The notes under the pieces are model-generated. The model was given only the letters and a program-made list of their open reading frames with translations, was not told the origin of the DNA and searched no databases. From the NCBI GenBank assembly GCA_034520965.1, contig JAXHMY010000002.1, positions 224,001 through 288,000 on the forward strand: a DNA stretch of 64,000 nt. The letters run 5' to 3'. Below are positions 11,187 through 20,691 of this stretch, piece after piece. Source of the DNA: Spirochaetia bacterium. GTDB taxonomy: Bacteria; Spirochaetota; Spirochaetia; DSM-16054; Sediminispirochaetaceae. Position numbers and translations under genes: made by a program. Within the stretch, counting starts at the first letter, position 1, and each line of letters begins with the position of its first letter.

Positions 11187-11550
11187 TACCACCAGCAGCT
11201 TTTTGAACAGCCGAAACAATTCGCTGGGTTTTAAAGGGCTTTACAATAAAATCGCGGGCCCCTAACTGTATTGCTTTCATGATGTATCTCTGCTGGCTCA
11301 TTGAAGAGCACATAATTACAATCGCCCCGGGATTAAAGGCCTTTATCCGGCGAAGAGCCTCGATGCCGTTCATAACCGGCATGGTGATGTCCATGATTAC
11401 CATCTGAGGTCTGAGCTGGGTATAAAGACGAACCGCCTCGCGTCCATTAGGGGCCTCACCAATTATATTGATCCCCGCCTCTTCCAAGGCCTTCCGTATT
11501 ATTCCCCGCATCATTCCGATATCATCGACTATCAGCACTGTCGGAGCCAT
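11179..11550 (-). CDS. Single-domain response regulator (CheY-like)
   Basis: LIVDD, MDITMPVMNG, FIVKPF; ATG overlaps the prfB stop (TGATG). Confidence 0.85.
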   Translation of the reverse strand: MAPTVLIVDDIGMMRGIIRKALEEAGINIIGEAPNGREAVRLYTQLRPQMVIMDITMPVMNGIEALRRIKAFNPGAIVIMCSSMSQQRYIMKAIQLGARDFIVKPFKTQRIVSAVQKAAGGNG

Positions 11551-12654
11551 CACACCTCTCCCGTCATCCGCCATTTAAGATACGCTTCGATAAACCCACC
11601 AATATCACCATCCATCACCGCCTGCACATTCCCAACCTGGTAATTGGTACGGTGATCCTTGACCATGTTATAAGGATGAAATACATAGGACCTGATTTGA
11701 TGCCCCCATGCAATATCCTTCTTTTCCTGGGCGTGTTTCTCATTTTCCTTATCCTGCTGTTCTTTGTAATGTTCATACAAACGGGATTTTAGAACTTTCA
11801 TCGCGGTGGCTTTATTTTTATGCTGGCTGCGCTCATTTTGACACTGCACTACTATCCCCGTTTCTAAATGGGTAAGCCTTACCGCAGAATCGGTTTTATT
11901 TACATGCTGGCCGCCGGCTCCTGAAGCACGATACGTATCTATTCTGATATCTTCCGGTTTTACATCCACCTCAATATCATCTTCAATCACTGGAGAGCAA
12001 TATACCGATGCAAAGGAGGTATGCCGGCGTTTACTCGAGTCAAAGGGGCTAATTCGTACCAGACGGTGGATGCCGGACTCTCCACGCAAATACCCATATG
12101 CATATCTGCCGCTGACTTGGATAGTCACAGATTTTATCCCCCCCTCAGCCTCCAACAAGTCGATTAACTCGTAGGAAATGTTATTATTTTCGCACCAACG
12201 GATATACATTCGATACAGCATATTCACCCAATCGCACGCTTCCGTTCCCCCTGCACCAGAGTGAATTGTAAGAAAAGCATCATTTTGATCAAATTTACCT
12301 GAAAACATTTCAAATATCTCAAGCTTGTCAACTTCAGACTTTATCTTCTTTAGGTTCTTGTCAATTTCCGGTACCAGTGAATCATCGCCTTCTTCATTGG
12401 CCAGTGTATACAGCTCCTCAGTTTCCTCTATCTTCCGTTTCAGCTCTTTCCAGGGATCAATTTTTGTATGCAGGTCGTTAAGTTCATGAATAACTTTTTC
12501 GGCACTCTCACGATCATTCCAGAACTCGGGATCTGCTGTCTGCCGTTCCAGTGCTTTTATATCTTCTTCAGTTTTCTCCGGGTCAAAGACGCCTCCATGA
12601 CTCTAATATCTGTGCCTTCAACTCGCTAATTGGTTTTTCAAAATCGGTTAGCAT
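11550..12654 (-). CDS. prfB: Peptide chain release factor 2, with programmed +1 frameshift
   Basis: SPF and GGQ motifs; a 23-codon first frame from ATG 12654 ends CTT-TGA-C (12588-12582); the +1 frame is open to 11550. Confidence 0.95.
12582..12596 (-). promoter_or_regulatory. prfB programmed ribosomal frameshift site with internal SD
   Basis: Minus strand reads GGAGGCGTCTTTGAC: SD-like GGAGG just upstream of CTT TGA C. Confidence 0.9.
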
Positions 12655-12667
12655 GAACTTGTCTCCT

Positions 12668-12940
12668 TTATGCTTTTACTATAACCCGCTTCCATCGCTT
12701 ATGCTCCAGGGTGGTTACCACCAGAGTCTCTTCTAGGGGAAATTGATACAGCCTCACTTTATCATAGTAGTCAGTTCTTCTGTCAATGTCCCGCTTAATT
12801 CTAGGCAAAAACTTCTCCTTCAGGCTGATGGATTCCCACACCCCATTTTGCACTTTGTTAAATCCGTACATTGTAAGCAAGTCATCAAGTTCCGCTTCTC
12901 TGCCCTCACTTCCGGATTCAAGTACAACTGAAACGAACAC
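12668..12940 (-). CDS. Orphan Cas2/VapD-like small ferredoxin-fold protein
   Basis: 90 aa; MFVSVVLE beta-strand, YGFNKVQNGVWE (cf. Cas2 YG.RVQ.SVFE) and DKVRLY (cf. D.VRIY). Confidence 0.65.
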   Translation of the reverse strand: MFVSVVLESGSEGREAELDDLLTMYGFNKVQNGVWESISLKEKFLPRIKRDIDRRTDYYDKVRLYQFPLEETLVVTTLEHKRWKRVIVKA

Positions 12941-12983
12941 TATTAACCCCCTAATAAATTTTTACTATTGCACATAGACAGGC

Positions 12984-14245
12984 ATGTCGATTAATATAGC
13001 ATATATGTGTAAAGCTGTCCTTCATTTCGTATTTCTATTTATGTTTCTCATCAGCTCCCAGTCGCTGTCGGCTAATGAGACTTTTGCTCCCTTTGTATCC
13101 GGCTTGTCGGTTACGATGCAGGAGAATTCGGTTACTCTCAGCTGGCGCTCGGCTCCTGAAGAGATAGAGATCTATGAAATATTCAGATCCACTGAACCTT
13201 TCAATGAGGAGAACTTCAATGAGGCCCGCAAAATAGGCACTGTCTCGAAAGACATCACCGCCTACACGGACTATCCCCCTAGCACGGACAACTATTATTA
13301 CGCGGTGCTCGGTCGAAAGAACGAGGACACCCTGTATAAGCTGTTCATTCCCTATCGCAATATTACCATGTCTCCAGTGGCGGTTGTAAGAACTGAATCA
13401 CTTGATGAGGTCACGGCGAAAATATCTCAATTACAGGCTAAAAGAATACAGGATTCAATACAACTGCAGTTTGATACCTCTAAACCTGCTCGAAAGGTTA
13501 TTGTCTATCGCAGCAGCAGCAAAATTGAATCGGAGCAGGATGTAGTGACTGCCCAAGCCCTGTCAACTTTCACCTCCGGAGAAGAAAGCTATACAGATTT
13601 TCCGCTTGGGGGCATTAAATATTATTATGCAGTTATTGATGCTGAAGCTGCACGAGCTGGAGCCTATGATTTTGTTCTCGGAGAAAATGCACTCGAAGAG
13701 CCGGTAGAACTCCCTGTGGGTACACAGATCGCCAATGGTTCCAGAAGAGTAGAAAACCGAATTACTCCCCTACCTTATTTACTGTTAAACAAGACTGATT
13801 CAACTGCAACCGAAATCCTCTCGAAAAGTCCTGCGACTTTAGATGAGCAAACGATTTCGATTTGGAAGCGGCTGGAAAAACGTATCGCAGCAGAGAAAAC
13901 CGACGGTTCCGCTTCACCTGATATTCTTCCGATCGACAGGAATGCAAAAACGGACGGGGCTAATAAACAGCTCGCAGAACTTGTTGGCAAGAGTTTTCCC
14001 GCCAATCCGGATGACCAGGCAGCCTGGCAGAACGCGGAAAAACAGTTTGCCGCGTTCTTTGATGTTTCCCGTACAGACAAAGTACTTTCACGGGCACACT
14101 ACTACATGGGACAGGTGTATTACTTTCAGGGCAACTATAAACAGGCTTTTTTGAAATTCTCATGGCTCAAGATACACTGTACACACAGGTGCAGCCCTGG
14201 TTAGAGCGTATCTATCCTCAGCTGCTATTTCTTTTCGATTCTTAA
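12984..14245 (+). CDS. Exported protein with FN3-like repeats and C-terminal TPR; probable 1-nt frameshift near 14150
   Basis: Signal peptide; repeated W/YTD.P....YYYAV modules; TPR AHYYMGQVYYFQG. Adding one T to the T6 run at 14147-14152 gives AFFEILMAQD...WLERIY, ending at 14245 (track ORF ends 14204). Confidence 0.6.
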
Positions 14246-16240
14246 ACCAACTTCTCTCTGAAAGGAAGCGGACTGAGTGAGGCTGCACTCCCAGGACAAT
14301 ACGCAGGTGGTGTGCTGGTAAATCCACACTTTTTTCCCATATTGCTCGGTAATGGTATACACAGGAAAAGTCCAAAGCGTAGCCGGTTTGTCGACGGATA
14401 TGGTGATGAGAGTTCTATTTTTACGGTCATGCAGGGTGAGTTCGGTTACATTGAATAGCTCAATCTTGCCGTTTTCAAGCTCGGTTTTTCCTTCGGTATG
14501 GGTCACAATAAAACTGAGTTGGTTCCGTCCAGCCTCCGGAAAAGAGAGATTTATTTCAGTTGCAAAACGACCTGTTATCGGGTCAGGGCTATCGGTCGTA
14601 ATTTTATAGCTCACATTAATCGAGTTTTTGAGAAAATCATAATCTTTAAACAAATCAACATCATACCGAGCACCATTTACCTCTACCCTCTTCTTAATAC
14701 CGAAATAGACCTCTTTACGTTCTTTCTCGACCTTTCTTGCCCTGTAGAGTGAGTGGATAAAGTCAATTTTTTCCTTTACCCCATTTTTTGCTAATCCGTC
14801 AATGGTTACCTCGCCATCCCAAAAATGGTCAAGGAAACTGTTTTTCATATAGTCGTCATACCCGTTCTCCGCATCCTGCTCGTTGTGGTAGGGTTCGCGA
14901 CGGCGGGCCATGGTATCGAGATAATTCCATGCAGTCACTACATAATCTAGCTCGAACAGGGCGCCTCCCCTCCGATGAACATAAGCATTGATGAATTGCC
15001 CTTGATAGAGATATTCGGGAATACCATCTAAATCAAAATCAGTTACATTGACGGAGGTTGAAAATATTCCCTTTTCTCGGGTGGTTTTTTCCGCATTAAT
15101 GAGTCCTGCATACACAGCTTTTCGAACACGATTACGATACACCCCTCCATCGTGGCTGTGCCAGAAGGCTGTGTGGGTTTGTCCGCGATAGCTCTCTTCT
15201 TTCGCCGTTTTTTTGCGGGATCGGTCCCCCCTCACCTGCCCAACAATCAGATGCACATACATCATTTTTGCATATAAGCGGTGTATTTCCGGATACATAG
15301 TTATGTACTGTCGAAAGAAGTTCGGCCGACTTTCACTGGCTATAAAAGTGGAGAGTGGAAAGGGGGTATGGCCATTATTACTGTGGGAGATAGGCTGACT
15401 CTGAGTGGTCTTCACAAAATGAGATGGAAAATAGACTCGTTCAACCGGTCCTAAGGAGCGAACATAACGGCCCGGCAAAATCGTTTCGATTTTTCGGTTA
15501 TGAAGGGTCAAGGCATGCAGAAACCGCTCAAACCATCCTCCCTCTGAGAAAAAGTTCGAGTAGTGGCTGCTGTTCACCATAAAAAAATCACCGTTCATGA
15601 GCAGGTTTACCGTAATATTGGTATCGGACCTCTGGCTCATTGCGACAAGCTCATCCACCAGGGCTTCCGGCTCATCAAAGAACATTTTGTTAATAAGATT
15701 ATTGTGCAGGGGCAATACGATTGCCGTTTTACCTTGATCATCGGTAATGAAGGGTTGGTAGATATGTTCTCTGCTTACCCCACTTTGATAAAAAAGAATA
15801 TCATCAAGAAACAAGTACTCCATTCCACTGCTCTTGATGGTGGAGGTAATCGGGGGCTCCCACACCCCTTCTGTGATCCAACAACCCCTCGGGCGTTTAT
15901 TGAACTTTTTTCGTAAAAGTGTGGTCAACAGTTCAATCTGACCTAAACGGTCTTTGTTCGGTATGATGGGAAAGATGGGGCTATAATACCCGCCTCCAAG
16001 CAGTTCAATTTGTTTGCGCTTAACCATTTCGCTCAAGACCATATTGAACTCGGGGTGTTTCTCTTCCAGCCACTCTAACAGGGTGCCCGAGAAATGAAAC
16101 ACCGCTCTCAACATAGCAAATTTATACAAAATTGTTAAAAATGGTTTATATGAGTATTGATATGTTTTTTCAAACTGTTCTTGAGACGTCCCCACAGGCG
16201 GACTGTTGTAGGTACCCAGAACAAGCTTAAGCTTTCGCAT
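14225..16240 (-). CDS. GH57-family alpha-amylase/4-alpha-glucanotransferase-like protein (divergent)
   Basis: HFSGTLLEWL, ELLGGGYYSPI, RGCWITEGVWEP, DFDLDG..E and C-terminal beta domain. Confidence 0.8.
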   Translation of the reverse strand: MRKLKLVLGTYNSPPVGTSQEQFEKTYQYSYKPFLTILYKFAMLRAVFHFSGTLLEWLEEKHPEFNMVLSEMVKRKQIELLGGGYYSPIFPIIPNKDRLGQIELLTTLLRKKFNKRPRGCWITEGVWEPPITSTIKSSGMEYLFLDDILFYQSGVSREHIYQPFITDDQGKTAIVLPLHNNLINKMFFDEPEALVDELVAMSQRSDTNITVNLLMNGDFFMVNSSHYSNFFSEGGWFERFLHALTLHNRKIETILPGRYVRSLGPVERVYFPSHFVKTTQSQPISHSNNGHTPFPLSTFIASESRPNFFRQYITMYPEIHRLYAKMMYVHLIVGQVRGDRSRKKTAKEESYRGQTHTAFWHSHDGGVYRNRVRKAVYAGLINAEKTTREKGIFSTSVNVTDFDLDGIPEYLYQGQFINAYVHRRGGALFELDYVVTAWNYLDTMARRREPYHNEQDAENGYDDYMKNSFLDHFWDGEVTIDGLAKNGVKEKIDFIHSLYRARKVEKERKEVYFGIKKRVEVNGARYDVDLFKDYDFLKNSINVSYKITTDSPDPITGRFATEINLSFPEAGRNQLSFIVTHTEGKTELENGKIELFNVTELTLHDRKNRTLITISVDKPATLWTFPVYTITEQYGKKVWIYQHTTCVLSWECSLTQSASFQREVGLRIEKK

Positions 16241-16420
16241 TCACAACCTTTTTATCTTCTTTCTCGTTTTATTCTACCCAAGCCACATATAGTACTTATA
16301 CCCAGCATCAGGTATCTTTTTCTCACCTATTCTACACCCAATACAGACAAGTTTACAGTACTTTCTTACTCTTACCCTCCGGCGGATGTATACAAGCCTT
16401 TGGATAGCTATTAACGGCCT

Positions 16421-18097
16421 TCATGCTACCTTTTGCCCTCTCTTTTGCTGCTGTTTCTCAGTTCGAACACGTTGAGGCTTAACTTCGCGAGAGGCAATAA
16501 ATGACAACGCCGGGACAATAATTAGCATTATACCGATGTGTACAAGAACTGTGCTGTTATTGATACGAAATGGCTCCGACTTCGTAATTTTGACCTGAAC
16601 AGGCCGTTTTTGTTCAAGCAGCAACTGTGGCACTCCGCTGTTTTTTGCAGAGCTGATTATATCTTCATACCAATCATCTGTAAACGTTTTGACAACTTTA
16701 TTTTCACTCATTACCTCTATTCCATCCTGCGTATACGTAGCAATGCTTATCTGCTCTCCAGGCACTGGAAAAGTATATGATCTTCCATAAAAATATCCCT
16801 CCTGGAAGGCCCTATGGCGCAGATAATCGGCAAAATCGGGGAGTCTCTCTGGTAAAGAGGCTGGTAAAGAGGCTGGTGAAGAGGCTGGTGAAGAGAAAGT
16901 ACGGTCAAACACTAAGAGGCTCTGCCAGGAAAAATTATCGACAACAGCAGCCTCAGACTGGGAAGCCGGCATAGGATACTCTACTTCCCGACTAAATAAA
17001 ACTGAGAGCGCCGGTAAAATAACAACCGGCAAAATCCCCAGAAACAACAGCGCTGCAGCTGCGGCCCACCTAATTTGACGACGGCCTGCACTGGAATCTG
17101 AAGTTCTGAGGCTTGTGCCTTTACTTATGTGAATGGGAACAAACAGGCTGTGCAGCTGTTGTCGAGCACGCCTTCTGTGCAAAAGGAAAAATCCGTATAA
17201 AATCCCTCCGTGTATGCACATTGTAAGCAGACTGTGTCCAGCATAATTAAAAAACAAAGAGTTTCCTCCGCCCAGTAGCACAGCAACTGTACCAGCCAGA
17301 TTAAATGCAAGGTACACTGCACTATGCTTCCTCAATTCAATGAAAAAACCTTCCTCATGAGCATTCAGTCGGCGCTTCATAGCCGGAGCAAACCAGGCCA
17401 GCAGCAGTGTCCAGGCAATTAATTGCAGGAGCCACCAGGTAAATGTGCTTAAGCCCATGTGAACAATACCGGGCAGAGAAAGGAAAGCTCCCAGAATATA
17501 GACAAATAGAGACCACTTTACTCGGTATTTTTTGTGCAAAAGTGCTGCCATTATCAGTATGGCGCTTCCAATAAAACCCCATAGTATTACCTGCTGAAGG
17601 GGCTCAAACCCCGATATGTACACCGGCGTATCAAATTGCCTTCGCAGTTGTTCGGCTAAAAACAGTGGTGCACGTTGGTTAGGGTCTCTTTGCATATATA
17701 AAACCTGAGCAGGCTGTCCATCGATACTTCCCTCAAAATATCGCGGAAGTGCTTTCAAATAGGGATCATAACGCGGGTCCCGAGGCTCAAGCATCTCAGG
17801 CAGAGAACTCAACGGAAAAGTACTTATGCCGGAATATTGAAAAAAAGAGACCTCTTGATCTTCGTAGGAGAAAATTTTGCGAAAACCAGCTTGCTGCAAG
17901 GCCTGCTTTACCTTCGCACTAGGAGCAAAAGAATTATCATGAGCTTCAGAAGTTTCAACAGTATCGGCAACCAAAGCCACCTGATACCCCTTCCATGACT
18001 CTTCAGTTTGATACGGAAGCGTCCATATGACTTTTAGTCCGATACTGATTATAACTGCTGCTAAAATTGCAAGCTGAACTGCACTTTTTCGTTTCAA
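16421..18097 (-). CDS. Hypothetical multi-pass membrane protein
   Basis: 558-aa ORF with several hydrophobic segments. Confidence 0.65.
   Translation of the reverse strand: MKRKSAVQLAILAAVIISIGLKVIWTLPYQTEESWKGYQVALVADTVETSEAHDNSFAPSAKVKQALQQAGFRKIFSYEDQEVSFFQYSGISTFPLSSLPEMLEPRDPRYDPYLKALPRYFEGSIDGQPAQVLYMQRDPNQRAPLFLAEQLRRQFDTPVYISGFEPLQQVILWGFIGSAILIMAALLHKKYRVKWSLFVYILGAFLSLPGIVHMGLSTFTWWLLQLIAWTLLLAWFAPAMKRRLNAHEEGFFIELRKHSAVYLAFNLAGTVAVLLGGGNSLFFNYAGHSLLTMCIHGGILYGFFLLHRRRARQQLHSLFVPIHISKGTSLRTSDSSAGRRQIRWAAAAALLFLGILPVVILPALSVLFSREVEYPMPASQSEAAVVDNFSWQSLLVFDRTFSSPASSPASLPASLPERLPDFADYLRHRAFQEGYFYGRSYTFPVPGEQISIATYTQDGIEVMSENKVVKTFTDDWYEDIISSAKNSGVPQLLLEQKRPVQVKITKSEPFRINNSTVLVHIGIMLIIVPALSFIASREVKPQRVRTEKQQQKRGQKVA
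16849..16895. repeat. In-frame 12-bp tandem repeat, about 4 copies (CTGGTRAAGAGG)
   Basis: Units at 16849, 16861, 16873, 16885; encodes SSPASSPASLPASLP. Confidence 0.9.
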
Positions 18098-18361
18098 GTC
18101 GTATACTTCCTACTACAGGCATTCCTGTCCATCAATTATATTTGTGATCCACATTATAACAGGTTTTTAAGTCTCGCCGCCACTCCCCAGCTTGTCAATA
18201 CAGTAGATTATTTTGCAGCTCAACTCCAACTTTTTAACTTCACTTAAACAGCCCTTCATTCATTGAATAGCGTTATGCAGACTCACTTGAACCTAAAACC
18301 ACCCCTGAAAGTGAATTTTTTTTCAAAATTTGAATTACTATTCAATAGTACTTTGCGATAA

Positions 18362-18502
18362 CAGCAATTCTCAATTTGGAAGTTAGAAGACTTCCAAATT
18401 GAGAATTTGCTTCATTTTCTTAGCAAAATTTTGTGTTTCTAAACAGTTGGAGGCATTCTAATTTTGAATAGTGCAATGCACTATTCAAAATTAGAATTGC
18501 TG
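18362..18502. mobile_element. 141-bp MITE-like non-autonomous element
   Basis: Terminal inverted repeats CAGCAATTCT...AGAATTGCTG; identical 9-bp flanks TTGCGATAA at 18353-18361 and 18503-18511; internal perfect 18-bp and 21-bp inverted repeats. Confidence 0.8.
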
Positions 18503-18537
18503 TTGCGATAAGGCCTATCTATGTGTAAGATAAAGGA

Positions 18538-19398
18538 ATGAAAGGATTTTTACACCACATCATATGGCTGATGCGCGGGGTTACAGTATTCGCCCTGGTC
18601 GGCCGCAGCGGAACCGGAAAAAGTTTTCGAGCCAAACTGGTAGCCCAAAAGTTCGGCATCGATATGATTATCGATGACGGTTTGGTTATTCGCGACCAAA
18701 AAATTATTGCCGGACGCTCTGCTAAGCGGGAAAAAGTATATTTAACCGCTATAAAAACCGCTTTATTTACAAATGAAAGTCATTGTAAAGAAGTTCGCCA
18801 TACCCTTGATAAGGAAAAGTTTAAGCGAATCCTTATCTTAGGAACCTCGGAAAAAATGGTGCACAAGATTACTCATAGACTAAAGCTCCCTTCTCCCTCA
18901 AAGGTCATTAATATTGAAGAAATTGCCAGTAAGGAAGATATCGAAACGGCTATTCTGAGCCGCAAGAACGAAGGAAAACATGTTATTCCGGTGCCGACAA
19001 TCGAAATACACCGGAATTACCCGCAGTTTGTGTACGACTCTGTCAAGGTATTGCTGAAACGGGGGGTTACTCTTTTACCCAGAAAAGAAAAAGTGTTTGA
19101 AAAAACAGTCGTACAGCCTGAGTTTGGCCGAAAGGGCCGGGTAACCATTTCTGAATCGGCTCTTACCCAGATGGTTCTGCACTGCGTGGATGAATATGAC
19201 GACACAATTGCAATACACAAGATAACGGTAACCCAGGAACCGGGCGGGTATTATCTCTCATTGAATATACATGTACCCTTCGGTGTTCAGCTGTCGGGAA
19301 CCATTCATGCCCTGCGCGATTATATAATAGAAAGCCTCGAACATTACGGAGGTATCCATATTCGTAAGGTCGATATCAAGGTAGACAAGCTCCATTAA
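18538..19398 (+). CDS. P-loop NTPase fused to Asp23/Gls24-like C-terminal domain
   Basis: GRSGTGKS Walker A, IIDDGL; C-terminal GRVTISESAL...IRKVDIKVD resembles Asp23. Confidence 0.65.
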   Translation: MKGFLHHIIWLMRGVTVFALVGRSGTGKSFRAKLVAQKFGIDMIIDDGLVIRDQKIIAGRSAKREKVYLTAIKTALFTNESHCKEVRHTLDKEKFKRILILGTSEKMVHKITHRLKLPSPSKVINIEEIASKEDIETAILSRKNEGKHVIPVPTIEIHRNYPQFVYDSVKVLLKRGVTLLPRKEKVFEKTVVQPEFGRKGRVTISESALTQMVLHCVDEYDDTIAIHKITVTQEPGGYYLSLNIHVPFGVQLSGTIHALRDYIIESLEHYGGIHIRKVDIKVDKLH

Positions 19399-19438
19399 AC
19401 TCGATTTTTTGGACATGCCTGCCGATAAACTTTAGTAC

Positions 19439-20689
19439 ATGGGGGTTAAAATTATGAAGAGAATGCATAGATTAGGTATGTGTTGGGTAATTCTGATGCT
19501 GCTGCTGCCGGCAGCACTCGCTTTCAGTCAAGATACGTTTAATTATCGCAGTGACCACTACTCGGTAACTACGCGGGTAAACCAAGAGTTTACCGAAGAT
19601 ACTGCCGTGTTTATGGAAGCCTTTTTCGACCTGTACACCAGTTACCTGCACTTCGATCCAGAACTCTTAGACTACAAACTGAAGGTGCGTATTTTCAATA
19701 GCAAGGCTGAATATGACAAGTTCCTACAGGATGTAATTGGGGAAACCCGCAGCTCCTTTGTATTTTTACATTACCCTGATCCTAAAAAGAGCGAATTGGT
19801 TGCCTATCATCTCGATGATCAAGATGCTTTTAATAAGAAACTCATCCATCACGGTTTTTCACAATACCTCAAATCCTTTGTTCAGAACCCGCCTTTGTGG
19901 CTCCACAAGGGCTTTGCCGTGTATTTTGAAGACAGTACCTACGACCCTGAAATGCAGAAAGCTGTGTTTAATCCAAACCATACATGGCTGCCCTCTTTAC
20001 GACAGAAACTCCGTCAAGACAGCTCTTTATCCAATCCGGAGATCTTTATTCCGGTAAGCTCCCTGCTGTTTTTGGACCAGGAAACTGCTGCACAGAAACT
20101 CGAAGCCTTTTATTCTCAAGTATGGGGAATGGTGCACTTTTTTATTCATAGCGAGAAAAAGTCTTATAACCGGCTTATCTGGGATGCAATTTCCGCTTTG
20201 GAACCTGAAGCCACGCTTCAGCAAAATGAGAGGCGGGTGGTCAATATGGCCTTTGAATGGGTAAATAAAGATACCCTTGTTACCGATTTTATTGGTTTCA
20301 TGCAGGAAGAATTAAAAACATTTCCCGATCTAATTCAGATGGGTATCGATGCGTATGCAAAAGAAGAATACGAAAAAGCTGAAACTGCTTTTACCCAGGC
20401 GCAATCGCTCCGTTCCGACCACTATGTTCCGGACTACTACCTGGGATTAATCGCTTACAATCGGGGAGAGTTCTCGATGGCTGAATATTACTATCTTGCC
20501 TCAGTTAAAAAAGACGGAAATTCAGACCTGCTGTATTACGCATTAGGTGTAAATGCACTTGCCGACAACCGCCTTGATGACAGCAGCTTTTATCTTGAAC
20601 AAGCTGTGGAGAATAAAGGTCCCTATTCCGACAAAGCTGCTGACCTGATTGATGAAGTAGAGAAACGGGCGGAGCACACCGCCATGTAA
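19439..20689 (+). CDS. Exported TPR-repeat protein with peptidase-like N-domain
   Basis: Signal peptide, PLWLHKGFAVYFE motif, C-terminal TPRs (YYLGLIAY, YYALGVNA). Confidence 0.65.
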   Translation: MGVKIMKRMHRLGMCWVILMLLLPAALAFSQDTFNYRSDHYSVTTRVNQEFTEDTAVFMEAFFDLYTSYLHFDPELLDYKLKVRIFNSKAEYDKFLQDVIGETRSSFVFLHYPDPKKSELVAYHLDDQDAFNKKLIHHGFSQYLKSFVQNPPLWLHKGFAVYFEDSTYDPEMQKAVFNPNHTWLPSLRQKLRQDSSLSNPEIFIPVSSLLFLDQETAAQKLEAFYSQVWGMVHFFIHSEKKSYNRLIWDAISALEPEATLQQNERRVVNMAFEWVNKDTLVTDFIGFMQEELKTFPDLIQMGIDAYAKEEYEKAETAFTQAQSLRSDHYVPDYYLGLIAYNRGEFSMAEYYYLASVKKDGNSDLLYYALGVNALADNRLDDSSFYLEQAVENKGPYSDKAADLIDEVEKRAEHTAM

Positions 20690-20691
20690 GC

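Noticed and set aside
12300..13100. CRISPR locus around the Cas2-like gene
   Set aside because: No repeat-spacer array, cas1 or effector genes seen anywhere in the window
18353..18511. Palindromic repeats as a mini CRISPR array
   Set aside because: The repeats are inverted rather than direct, irregularly spaced and bounded by a target-site duplication, which fits a MITE
19396..19428. Second sigma-28 promoter (GCCGATAA) upstream of the TPR gene
   Set aside because: The nearest TAAA is 21 bp upstream rather than about 15, so only the -10 element matches
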